Source: Lama glama | Lineage: Eukaryota | Assembly (NCBI GenBank): GCA_028534125.1 | Contig: CM052816.1 | Span: 94,738,001 to 94,802,000 of the forward strand | DNA: 64,000 nucleotides | Direction: 5' to 3' | Part shown: positions 1 to 13,201 of the stretch, one piece after another | How positions within the stretch are numbered: the first letter of the stretch is position 1 | Layout of the letters: every line of letters begins with the position of its first letter | The notes under the pieces: model-generated | Databases searched by the model: none | The model's input: the letters and a program-made list of their open reading frames with translations, nothing else | What the model was told of the DNA's origin: nothing | Translations under genes and position numbers: made by a program

Positions 1-108
1 CACCGGCACGTACCGCACGAGCACAGGTGTGTACTCAGGGCCCCGGGTGGACTGTCCCCAGGGGGTGGGTCTACCTGGGGGCTTAAATAACACTCCCTCG
101 TGAAAGGA

Positions 109-138
109 GTGTGCGTGTGCGTGTGCGCGCGCGTGCAC
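109..138. repeat. Alternating purine-pyrimidine (GT/GC) tract
   Basis: gtgtgcgtgtgcgtgtgcgcgcgcgtgcac, 30 nt uninterrupted RY alternation. Confidence 0.9.
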
Positions 139-1587
139 CGTCTGCTGAGAAGCACTGTGATGCCCCCTGCTTCTCACATTCATGCCTGTGATCATGATGA
201 TGGAAACCCAGTGAGACTCCAGTTTAGCTCCCTGAGTCTGTGGCAAATGAAAGAAGTCCCATGGGGGCTGTAAGCTTCTCAAACAGGGAAATGGAAGGAA
301 ACACTACTAAGTTTTGGTGCATCATTAGTAATATATTTAATGAGTATAACCACTTTAAGAAAGCACAGTCATTATTATCCAGGACATGTAAAGGCACGTG
401 CCTAAAGCTGGTGAGTGTTTCTTAATCGTACAGTCTACTTATTTGGCAAGCTTGCAGTGGAAACACATATTTTCTAAACATGTGATGTATTTTTGTAAGG
501 CACTGAGAATTTATTTCATACACACTATCAAGTAGAATCATATGAAGTCATTATTTAAAGGTCGGGTATTGGTGATTGCATATGGTTCAACTCTTTGGCT
601 CTCCTGGATTAAATACATATTTTGAGTTGAACACAGCCACAAGTCACACGAAGAAAGACAAGTGTTTTCCAGAAAAGGAAGCTGTTTGTGAAACAGCTGG
701 TCAAATGGCATGATTAAGTGTGTTAAAGAACACTTCTCTGAACTAGCAAATCAGTGTAATTGAGAAGATAGAATCTCACTTACTCCAAAGCCTCACGTGG
801 CTAAATAAACTTAGAAAAATATTATGCCTCTGGTTTGCAGTCAGTAGAGCTTTGTCCTTCATTTCTGATGAGACACGTGACCCTGCACGGGGGCTGAGAC
901 ATGGGGACTTGGCACCCAGGGCTCTGCGTCTTCAGACTCTTGGAACTTCCAGTTGCCATGAAGGAGAGAGTAGCAATTTCGTTAAACTGCAGTATGATAC
1001 TAAATTACACGTTTTGGAAGCCAGGCAAGCCGTGTCGCTTTTAGAGTTGATTATTGATATTTACATTTGAATATTGCAGTGCATCGTAGGAAGAAAGGCA
1101 CAAAGTGCTCTTTATTTTACTTTTGACATTGTAAATGTCATCCAGGGTTCATGATGCACATCTCAGTTCAGACAGAAAGCATCCCCATTTATTTTTCTGT
1201 CAGAATTTCCCTCACCTTCAACCTGCTAAATCCACTCCAGTCTGTCTGGGGTTGGGCTATTGTAGCATTTCTTTTGTTGCACATTATTAATTAAGGTAAT
1301 TTTATTTCCACACACCTCTTATAAAAGATAAAGATCATCTCAGTGACATTCAATGTCTAATTTGAAGAGAACCTGACAACAAAAAGGATTATATTGAGTC
1401 TCTGTTCCATATTCATATGTTCTTAGAATTATCTCTTGTTGATAAACTTCTGGGAGGTTAATGAAAAATTAGCTGCAATAGGAAAAAAATACTCTATTCA
1501 TCGATTGCTAATTAAAAATAGGGAAAGATGTTCACACTTAAAAAAAAAAGAACAGGGACAGCAGCAAAGCTAGCGTCGTCTCTGAGC

Positions 1588-1920
1588 CCGGGGTTGGCAA
1601 ACTACGGCTCACGGGCTGAGCCCAGCTGGCCAGCTGCTTAACAGTGCTCATGAGTTTAGAATGATGATTACATTTTTAATGGTTTGCAATCCAAAGATAG
1701 ATACTATTTTGTGGCATGTAGAAATTGTATGAAATCCGGATTTCAGAGTCCATCAATGGTCATTGGAATCCAGCCCCGCCCACTTGGTGCCCTGTCAGCT
1801 GTGGTTTCTGGCTACTGTCATCCGCAGCGGCCGAGCTGAGTGGTTGTGACAGGCCACGTGGTTGCTGAAGCTGAGCACACTCACTCTCTGGCCCCTCCCA
1901 GAAAAGTGTGCCGACCTCTG
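1588..1920 (+). mobile_element. hAT-Charlie MITE, MER58B-like
   Basis: Terminal inverted repeats ggggttggcaaac ... gtgtgccgacctctg, plus internal MER58-type motifs (gagctgagtggttgtgacag; ctctggcccctcccagaaaag). Confidence 0.8.
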
Positions 1921-2974
1921 CGCCACGCCGTCAGTGGAGAACTAGGCTGAATGAAGGAGCAGGTGTTTTCTCCGGTCCCTCCTGTGAGGGAAGGCAGCAG
2001 CGTCCTCCGAGGGCTTTATGTGGGAAACTCTGTTTGCCTGGCCTTCTCCCAGTGACAGTGATCTCTGTCCTGGCCGAGATCGCTGAGCTGTGACAACCAG
2101 GTGCCCGAGACCCCATTCCAGCCTGCAGCTTTAAACTTGCACTTTCAAGGAAATACGCTGATTACACAACACTACAGAGATTCCCAGAAGTACGTGGATG
2201 GTCTCTTGGGGACAGGCGGGGAGAAGCCACCCCTCTCCAGCTCCTAAGCGTAAGGCCACAGCCCTCTCTCCCTCAGACCTGCTCAGCCTCCTGTCTCTTT
2301 CTACACTGAATTCATTTTATTTCAAGTCCTTACCTTGCCCAGCTCACCCGACAACTCCAGGAACTGCCTCTGTGAGAACCCACGTTTGAGAAAAAGCCTT
2401 TATTCCGGGTATATATCTCACATAGAGATCACACACCTATTACTGCAGTATTATTAAAGTATATCTAGTAAAGATCAAGGATGAACTTTAATAAAGAAAC
2501 AGTTTAAGGTGCCTTCCCATGTCGAGGGTCTCATTTTTCACATCCCCTGTACTTTACACACCCCATCCTGGAGGCCACTGGAGCAGACTTTTAAGTGGCT
2601 TCCAGAGTCAGAGCAAACACCCTGATTCCTTGAGAGAAGAGGACACGTTCTTCTGAGGCCTGTTGGACCTGAAGTGTCCAGGGGCCACTAGCTTTTGGCT
2701 CCAGTTGGTCGCTGAGGTGACTTCCCAGCCTTATGTCTCTGCTGTTAAGTAAGGCCACTGGCTGGGGGTCCTTCAGTGCCCCCCAAAGCATTTCCAGATG
2801 ATCCTTCAGGGAAAGAGGGGCAGGGGAACTGAAGGCCAGCTGCCCCTCTTCAAGGAGTCAACATTTGGGAACGAAGACAAGTGCACTTGCGTAACCAACT
2901 AGGAAATTACTAGATAGTTCCAGAGCATCAGGCAGGTGAGACAGATGACAAAGCAGATAGCACGTTGCCACTGT

Positions 2975-3172
2975 CGGGGGCCATTCTAAGTGCGTGGAGC
3001 ATACCTACGAATCCCCAGAACCACCCTGTGAAGGAGGTGCTATTACAATCCTCATTTTACAGATTAGAATACTGAGGCACAGAGATGTTCAGTGATCTGC
3101 CCGAGGTTGTATGGAGCCAGTCTGTAAACCTTCACACCCAGGCAGTCTTGCCCTGGAACCTGGGCTCTTAAG
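2975..3172 (-). mobile_element. MIR SINE
   Basis: Reverse-complement MIR core cctcattttacagattagaatactgaggcacagaga ... cccaggcagtct ... gctcttaa. Confidence 0.85.
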
Positions 3173-6100
3173 AGTCATCTTGGTTGATCCTGCATCTGTA
3201 AAACTCATCATTTAAAACCAAAATAAACATACACCATTTTCACCTAGAGAGCTTCATGGTCGTCTATCTCCTGCTCGTCAGATAATGTCTGTTGAAGACG
3301 AACCGCGAGCTAGATGGGCTTGCAGATCCAGAGAAGCTTAATTCTATGTGTCCTCACGCACGGTCAATTTTAGTTCCAGAGAAGGACTTAAAATATGAAA
3401 TAAATAACTGGCAACTGAAGGAAGTATATTAAAGGCGACATGAATATTCCAGACAACATTGAAGACAAAGAATCAATGATGCACTAAACACACACTGTCT
3501 TCTCTTTCCTAGATAACATGCAGCTCACGATTGCCCTGTGCACAAGCTCACCCTCTCCCAAGACATTCCTCCTCTAGTTTCTCGGCAGGGGTGGGGGTGA
3601 GGGAAGGTGTCCACCCTCGGTCACTTGGGTTCCCAGACACCACCTGCTGACCCCATCCCTGGGCCTCCCTTACTCCAAATACCACTCGGGCCATCCTGAG
3701 TTACAGGCTGTGCTAGATCTGAGAGGTGCAGAGGAGAACGGGAAACAGCTGTAGTCACTGAAGATGAAACAGGGTCAAGTTCCCTGAACGACCCACCAAA
3801 GGGGATTTCTCAGTTAGCTTTTCCCGCTACACCCAGACTACCACCATCTTTTCCCGTCCCTCCTCTCCACCTTCCTTCTCCATCTCTCTTTCTCAGCTGC
3901 CAGAGTTAGCCTCTCACCCCTGTTACTTTATTATGAAGACCGGTGTAGATCCCAGACACCAACTCCACCAAGGACCACAGTCTACCTTTGGGGGTTCAAA
4001 GAGGTCCTCTAGGCTTTCCTAAACCAAAAAGCTGGAGACTTACATACATGCAAGTGTAAACATTTGTGTACATTAGAGGATCAGGCTTTGTAAACCCTAC
4101 TTCTCACCTCTCTTCTGCTCCAGGCTGGCAGATGGTGAAGCGTACAATGGGAGTCATGCCTCACACCAAAAAGTCAGTGTGATTTTATTTAGCTGAGCTG
4201 GCAGACACTCCATCAGCCATGGCTATGCCAGAGAAGGCGGTCTGAAGAGGGTCTTCTGCCCCTAACCACAGACCTATCTCTGACCCTTCACGCTCAGGTA
4301 TGCCAGCCAGTGCTGGGCAGGGACCGCAGACCTCGCCCCAGCTCAGTCCCCGCAGAAGGGAGTGCGTTCAGTGGATGGCCCACCGGCCTCCCTGCCCCCA
4401 GATGATGCTCTTTGTAGGGAGGTGGAGACAGAACAGAGCAGCTGCCTGCCCGCCCGCCCCAGGACAGGACTGAGACAGAAGCCAGCAGGGTGGCCCCAGA
4501 GGTCTGGCAGCATAAGAGAGCAAGAGGGCCACTTTCTGAATCAGCAGTGGTCCCCCCGTGCAGCGGGGCTCCCCGGAGAGGAGGACCCTCTCACCAGGCA
4601 CACATCATGCTCCCTCCCTGGGCAGGAATCCTGTGACCTGCTGCAGAAAAGCCAGGCTAGTGAGCCGTGAGTGGGACAGACGTGATGTGACTGTCCCCCC
4701 AGTGTCTGAGGCTTCATTTCTTGCACAATGAAAATTTAAAGAGGCACAGTTTTAACTAGGGAGTCTGTTTAAATAAAACATACCTTTGTCTCGGATAAGA
4801 CTTGTACAAAGCACAGCTTATGCAATAAGGCAGAGCCAGAGAAGGAATATGTGATCTCATGGATTTGCTTATGAGAAAGTCTATTGAGCTAAAACAGAAT
4901 AACACACATTTTTTATTTCAAACTCAAACCTATCAATGACTATCAACTTTGGAGTCATTTGATTAACACAGACACTTAACTCTGACACCTGCCCCAAACA
5001 CATCTTTCTAAACTAGTGACAATGACCAACATCTGCTGGGATGAGCGTCACGTGAATTTCCTTTTGGGTAAATGGGGTCCTGAGTGGAGAAAACAAGCTT
5101 TCTGTGCTGTGTATCAGCTTGTTGCAAAGAATGAATTTATCGCAGGTCCGTTGCCAGGAGAAAACCTGCTAAATAGCCTTATGAAGTTGACAAATATTGG
5201 AACATAAAAAGAAATAAAAACGTGATGAAAATATTTGCCAATATGGAGAAAGCATTTTTTAAAAACTCAATTCTCTGAAGTAGGAGCCACTACCAATAAA
5301 GCCATAGAGGGAGTACATAGAACTGCATGTTCATAAAACTTTTTTACTCTTCTTCAATAAAATATAAATAACATTTTCAATTAAAATCACCATTTCAGTC
5401 CACAAGAGGTGCAATATTAACAGTTTATTACTTATTAAGTGCTGTGACTTCAAATTATAAAAGTGATCACTTCTCGTTAAAGCAAGTCAAATTAGATCCA
5501 CCATAATCTCTTAGTTAAAATTTTTACTTCTTTGAAGTCAAAAAAAAAAAAATCAGGGGCCCATTATTACCCAACTGGAAATTTTTAATAAGCCCAATGA
5601 TAAATATAATCTTAAAACCAGGAAGAGCTTCTGGATGCTTGCCTGTATCAACTCCCCTTAAATTGTATAAATACAAAGACTGGTTACAGCTGGAGGAAAA
5701 CAGTGTTTGCTGGTAGACTAGTTGGTAAAATTCAGAAACACCAACACACCGATAATCAACGCCAATGCTAATGGTTCTCCTGCTGCTAAAACCCCTGCAC
5801 TGAATGCCTCTCCCCCAGAAAAATAATGATGTATGAAGTTAAAAGATTTTGTTACATTTACATTTGAATGTTTTTCCATCAAGCTTAGCTTGGATTAACC
5901 TGTGTAGAGTGCAGAAAATTGGGAGTTCAGCTCAGGTGACAATACTTTTAGGAATATGATGGATTGGGTGGTAAAGATTCCTCATCTTGAAATAATAGTT
6001 ATTGTTAGCTAAAGAATAGCTTTAAAAGTTTATAGACCACATTCTTGGACCCATTGTCACCTAAGCCATCTTTATTTTGTGAGCTTGCAGAAGGAAGATC

Positions 6101-7709
6101 ATTTAATTAGCTTATTGTTTCTTTGCTTTGTATTATATAACATGTGTAAGTGTATTTTATGTTTTCATATTTCTTTATATACGAATATACATAAAAGCAA
6201 AGATAAATAATACAAAAACAAAAATTAATGTTTTTTCTTCCTTCTGCTGAGCCCCACTTTGTATTCTACTGCCCTGAATTTCTCCATGTCCCACATTCTT
6301 GTATTTTATTCCATTCTCCCTTTCTTCCATTGTCAGTAAATAATGCATGTAACTGTCTATCATCATAAGAACAGAATGATTTATTTAAAAGGATCTCCCT
6401 TTCCTTCTTTTAAAGAAATACAACACATAGAGCATCTCTTTCATTTTTTTTTAACAAGACCTTTATTTTTGTAGCTCTCTGGAAAACAGATAATTTCATG
6501 AACAGCGTAGATGTTGGGTGAAGTCTCAAGTCAACTGCTGAAGAGGCTACTTTAAAAATCTCCCCAAAGAGACCAGCAGTGTGGTTCATTGAGTTTTAAG
6601 AGCTTACTGAGAGGAGAAGGGGGTGTTTGCAGAGCAGGTGAGAAGGGAGAGGAGTGTTTACAGAGCTGAGAAAGCACTGTCCACTTCAAATGTTTGCTGT
6701 AAGAAGGTTCAGTTGAACAGAGTAATTCTCCAAGGTGGTGATTTGGTTAGCTGAGCTCTAAAACTCAAACGAGAGAAGATGTATAACAGGACAGAAGTTA
6801 AAGGGAAAATGGTATTAGAGAAAACTCTTCATAGTGTGTGATCAGTATCTGCTTATCTGTATCAATGGAGAGCCACAGTCTGCGTAAGCCACACCATGGT
6901 CTGAACAGGCAGGGCGAAAAGGGAGAATTCAATTTTAAAAATGCTTAAAAAGTTCTAAGGCATTACATTATTTCGTCACTGATGGTCGGTTTGAGATCGA
7001 TTCAATTCTCATGCATTTCCTTCTATGTGATCACATAACCTCCCCTTTAACGTAGTGTGTTTTTCTCCCATTTCTGTTGCTGCTTTGCGTTATTTCCCTC
7101 GCACTGATCAGTCTCTAATTGATTTGCGCGTGGCGGTTCCAATTTGAATTCTGATCTTATATTTGAAATTCTCATCAGTACCCTATTTATTGTGACCTAG
7201 AAGAAGTTTAAACTACCGATTCAGGAATGAGACTTCCAAAAGGCCATTTGTCAAGTACCATGAACGTGACTGTGATTTTTTAAAACATGATCGTTCTGCA
7301 GGGTATTTACCCATCTTAGATTTCCAGTCCCCCCTCTTTTTTCTTCATATGGTAACATTCCTGATTAAATTAAGACTGGAAAGCTCTTTACAATAAAAGA
7401 TAACTATATGTATCCTATTTTTGATTTTCCTAGAAATGAACAAAGTTGGATTTTTCTGCATATCTCAATCAATTCAATTAAATGAGAAATATTGTAAATG
7501 AGTTAACACACCAAGGTGGAATAATTTTTTTCAATATAATATTCAAGCTGTTGATTCCTATTACAAACTTGGCTCTTCTCTGTACTTTTGGTAGACGTTC
7601 CCCTTAATTTTAGGCCTTTCATAACGTTTTCCCAATTTTTCTCACCATGTTAGACATTCAATAATACACATATTTGAGGTTATAAACCCAATCCAGTTTA
7701 TAAACCTGG

Positions 7710-7905
7710 TGATAGTAGGCATAAACTCCAGAAGCAGGGTGCAAGGGCTCGAATTCCTTCTCTACTAAATATAAGGCAGACTCGGGCAAATTCTGTCCTC
7801 TCTCTGTTCCTCGGTTTCCCACCTGTGAAGTGAAGAATGCCGCATTAATTCTCGGGTGGAGTTGTTGGAGAAAATGCGAGTCGACAAAAGAAACACTTAA
7901 CAGGA
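7710..7905 (+). mobile_element. MIR SINE (degenerate)
   Basis: gggctcgaattcc ... ctcgggcaaatt ... ctctgttcctcggtttcccacctgtgaagtg. Confidence 0.65.
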
Positions 7906-8029
7906 GCTATAAAGTCCGATGCCCAGTGGTGAGGGCCATTCACTCTGTGCCTTCTGTGCAAACTCGTTTTCTAACGGGAGCTGATTTCAGCTTTGTTAAG
8001 TAATAATAAGAGTTTATTTGTTTAACATT

Positions 8030-8225
8030 TTGTGCGTATGAGGCAGTTAACACTTTTCATGCACTTAAAGCAAGTAATGATCCCATGAGGCCCTTTTCCT
8101 TTCTTCGCTTTACAACCAGGAAACTAGAACTTAGAGAACCCAGGACCTTGCCCCAAACCAAGAATGGGCCTAATGGCCTGGATGTGGACCTGATTGTCCC
8201 ACTTCAGAAGCCAAGCCCCAAATGA
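8030..8225 (-). mobile_element. MIR SINE (degenerate)
   Basis: tttacaaccaggaaactagaacttagaga ... gaccttgccccaa resembles the reverse MIR core. Confidence 0.5.
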
Positions 8226-10426
8226 GTTCCCTGACTCTCCCCTCAAGAAGGCCACAGCAAAATAGAAATCTGAGCCTAGTAATATTCGTAAACTTTCCTT
8301 CACCTTTTCTTCCTCCTCATATGCTGAGATGCTGCCTTCTTGTTTCTGCTAAGTTAATTGTATTTCACACTCTGTTTTCACACTTTGGCCCGATCTTCCT
8401 TAAAGTCTGCATAATTTTCTTTTTTTTTTTTTTTTTTTTACTGCTGCTGGGAGGGTTTTTCTTAAAGTCCTCATATTATATTCTTTTAAAATTTGAGGTC
8501 CTTGGAGAGTTTTTTGGTGTGACTGGTCGGATTGTTCCCCTTACCTATATTATTATCATTTTTTTTAAAGCAAGAATGTTTACGTTTCAGTATTAAATCT
8601 TGGTCTCTCCCATTTTGCTCTCCCTTCCTGTTAATCACTGTATTTCATGTAATAATAACAAATAGTTCTATATACCGAACGATTTTTGCTGATGTTAGTA
8701 ACCATCCTCAGCAAGCTTAAGTGCCGACATTTAGTTCCTGAATGGAAAAAAAAATCATTTAGCTGAAAAATGTCAGGTGTGGTTGGTTTTCCCTTTTGCC
8801 CTTCATGTACTGGCTGACTCTTCACAACTCTTCTAGAAAATGAAATTTTGTTCACCACTGTGCCTTTGTTCTTCCACGAGCGTGGTTATGCCTGGCCTAA
8901 ATTTTTAAACCCCTGCCCGCGTAACATAAAGCGCATTATTCATAAATTTTAAAATGTGAATTTCAAGTAGACATGTTTATAAAATTTTGGAGAAAATATA
9001 AATGCTTCAGGAATTGCATGAAGATAGAAAACAGATTTTTCTGGCTGTGAACTTCATGTTTATCTGTCTAATCTAACGACTTTGAAACTCAGTCCTTCAG
9101 GGCAGCCCTCCTCATTTCAAAATACTGCTTCTCTGGGAATATACATACTCTTTGCTTAGAAAGTTTTTCTTATCTATTTTTCTAGTCTTCACCATGTCAT
9201 GGGTGCCTCTTCTAATTTTGGTTCTTATAAGAATAAGTATTAAAAGCTCATTGGAAATGAGAAGCTCTTAATTAAAATCAGTTCTCCTGTTGGAATACAT
9301 TCAATTCCTCCAAGTCACTCTGCAACTTTTTTGTCATTTTGACGCGATATCCTCACATTCTTTTAACATTAACACTGTTTTCTCATTGACATAATTTCTT
9401 TTGTGTTTGATTTTGCATATGTCCCTGAATGTGAGAAGGGATAACATAAGTTCTATCACCAGCCACTAAGAAATGCTCAGAAAGTCCGCGTTGTGGGTGT
9501 GACTCAGAGTTGTAATGTAATTCCGTATAGAGCTCCCATGGTATAAATGGCCATATCTAGACCCTGGCTATATTTGGATATAGTGTGATCTACAATGCTG
9601 GAAAGTAAATGCGCTGTCTAGTATTGAACATGGTTAACGATCGCAGCAGTTAATAACAGGTCGTGTTCTATTAATACGAAAGATGCTGTTTTCATTGTGT
9701 ATGTCAGCTCAACCTTAGACGTCAAGTATTCTTGAGAACCAGGTAAAAATAATGACCTGAAACGAGCTCAGAAGAGCCCAGGAAGGAAACAAAACACAAA
9801 TTCAGTTTGAAACCAGTCAAACCTATGTTAGTAACTGGTGCGAAATCTTCCCAAAACAGTGTAAGCGTATTGAAAAGATGCAAATAATTCTAGAAGAGCC
9901 AAGTCAGCTCATTATTTTGTCTTTGCTGCAGCTGGGCGGGGCTCTATCTTCCCTGGCGTGCCTGCCCCTCATCAAATGTGTGTGTTACCGTGACAGCCTG
10001 AGTTGAAAAAGAGGCGTATAAAAACCTTGTGGGTGTTACTTTACAAAAACTAGACCAGTCCTGCATTTCATGCTGTAGTACTAATTATGGGAACAGGAGC
10101 CCCACCTGTGTCCTCCTCCACCCCCACGCCTACACACCTCACTTTTTTGTGTTTTCATTTATTCAGGAAAATGAACCACCTTTGTAAATTTGTTTCACGC
10201 CCCTAATAAAGTAAACATGACATCACCTGAATGAACGCTTTCTGAATTACCTCAACCTGAACAATAAAGAACTAATGGTCTATGATTCTTTAGAAAAATT
10301 TCCTTCTTTCTCCTGGGTTTTAGCTCCGCGCAGAGGTTAGATTAACAAACCTTCTCTGGGATGCGGGTGAGCAGGAAGCACACCTCACACGCGTTTGCCT
10401 GCCTAGGCTGACAGGTGCATTTCTGA

Positions 10427-10999
<573 letters not shown>

Positions 11000-12979
11000 T
11001 GATTGCATTCATGTCACTGGCTGAGTATGAGAAGGCTGACTTTCTTTGGGTTTTATAATCTTCTGTTTGATTTGGAATATGGATATTGATCCAGGATCCC
11101 TGACATCTTCTTTGGTTCAGCAGCAAAGATGATCTTTTGATCAGAACATTTGTCGTCGCGTGAGGTTTCAGCTCTTTGATAAGATCTCGGGCAGCTCTCT
11201 TGATTGCAGTAGGAACTGAGGACAGCGGATTAGGTCACTTGACTTCAAATACCATGGTCTCGGTGTTTTCTTGCCTCAGTAGAAGCATGCTTTGTCGCCC
11301 TGGCGTTTCCGTTCATCCAAGTGTAAAGTGGTCCACCTACCAGGCTATGCTAAAAGTTGAAAATTTAGAAAATCCTTATTACCTTCATTTTTTTCTGTGT
11401 CTGAAAATGAACATTAGGCTGAAGTTGTTTGGACACTGATTAAAAGCTTGAATGTAATGTTAGAAATTGTTTTTACTGAGAAGTGTTTCTTTTTGGCTTT
11501 GCTTTTCTCACCAGTGGCAAGGGATTTGGTGATGTGCTACTTCTCAAATGGGAATTGAATTCCTGTAGAGTTAAATGATGTTTTATTCGTAGGCATTTGA
11601 TTTCTGCTGATGGAGTCCCATAAATATATGTCTGCATCTGTGAATACTGTAGATATGTCACATTCCTGGTCTGTCTTTATAGCGGGGCATGTGACTTAAC
11701 TCTGGCTGTGTGCTTAAAATTCGTCTCAAGGAATTCTCGAAATTTTCTCCGTTAGAGGACACAAGTACACATGTCTTGTATTGAGGCGGGGTGCATAGAT
11801 TCTTTTCTAAAAAGAAATCACTTGTACAGAGATAAAAGGCGGAATGGGTCCATTTTACGGTATTCTTTGAGATAGCTTCTTTAGCACAATTCAAGCCTGC
11901 TTGGAGGGTTCATGTTAGATATTATATTTGGTAGACCCTCCACCGTAAAGATGAATTGTGATAAGTGCTAACTGTTAACTGCTGGACATAAGAACAATTC
12001 TTCCATTTACGTTGTTCAACATCTTGCTCCCATAGGTTTTCATTCACAGGGATCTCTATTGTCTTGGTCCTGAAATCTGCCAAATCCTTCAGTATTCTTG
12101 GCATGTGTGTGTAGAGTGTTCTTCAGATAACCCCTCAACGCTCTCTGTTGTTAAATGATTTTTCTTGACATGCTATTGAAAACACGAGGAAACAGCAAGA
12201 GTAAACTCTCAGGAGATCCTAAATAGGAAAATACGTAACTGAATCAGCATTGCTTCCCTAAACATTGTGTAGTTAAACTGCGGATAAACATTTAATCTCC
12301 AGAGGAAAGGTTTTAAATGTTCATATTGGGGGAATTTGACTTACTAGGAAAGCAAATTTGTATTTCCCTAGCTACAGCTTGGAGTCTTTATTTTATGCTG
12401 CGTATTAGATGCATTTTGTTTTATTAAATGGCATATCCTTTCCATTTTGTATTGCTGTCACTTTTGTAGCCTTTTTTCTTCTTTCAGCATATTGCCGTGG
12501 CCGTTACCTTTTCAAGTTATGGATTATGTCCCGTGTATTTACTCGGTGCCCACTATGAACCAAAAAAAGAGAGACACCAGTAGGAAATGTTAGAATGAGT
12601 AAGAGTGTATGTGTAAAGAAACATGCAGACCAGTGTTAGGTGAATTACAAGCGCACCATGTTATTTTCAAGAATGCTAAGCATTGGCTTTAAATGTATGT
12701 TAATTCTGAAGAAAACGATCATATACCAGCATCCTAAGGTGAGAGAATCAAGCAAAACCAAGAGAGCCAGTTCTAGAACCAGAGCTGAGTTGCTGTGGCT
12801 GAACGTAAAAGGAACTAATAACCTGGCATCGTGAAAAATGGGCGGAGTATAAAATATAATAATGCCTTTCTTGTAGAGCTGTGTTTTATTTTTTAAATAC
12901 ATTTTAAAAAAATGTTAGAGTGTTCAGATTTGAGACATCCCAAATCTAAAATTCAAGTCCAAAATCAAATGCTTCTTTT

Positions 12980-13201
12980 TTTTTTTATTGATGTCTAGTT
13001 GATTTACAATGTTGTGTTGGTTTCTGGTGCACAGCATAGTGATTCAGTTATATGTCTCCCACTGCATAATCTTTTTCATTATAGGTCATTACAAGCTATT
13101 GACTACAATTCCCTGTGCTGTACAGTAGGACCTTGTTGCTTGTCTATTTTGTACACAGTAGTTTGTATCTGCTAATCCCCAACTCCTAATTTATCTCCCT
13201 C
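12980..13201 (-). mobile_element. 5'-truncated L1 3' end with target-site duplication
   Basis: Poly-T tail followed by L1 3'UTR (gttgatttacaatgttgtg ... cagcatagtgattcag ... gtaggaccttgttg). TSD atgcttctttt at 12969-12979 and 13202-13212. Confidence 0.9.

Noticed and set aside
7020..7115. C/D-box snoRNA (gtgatca ... ctga)
   Set aside because: Imperfect C box, no terminal stem and no recognisable rRNA guide
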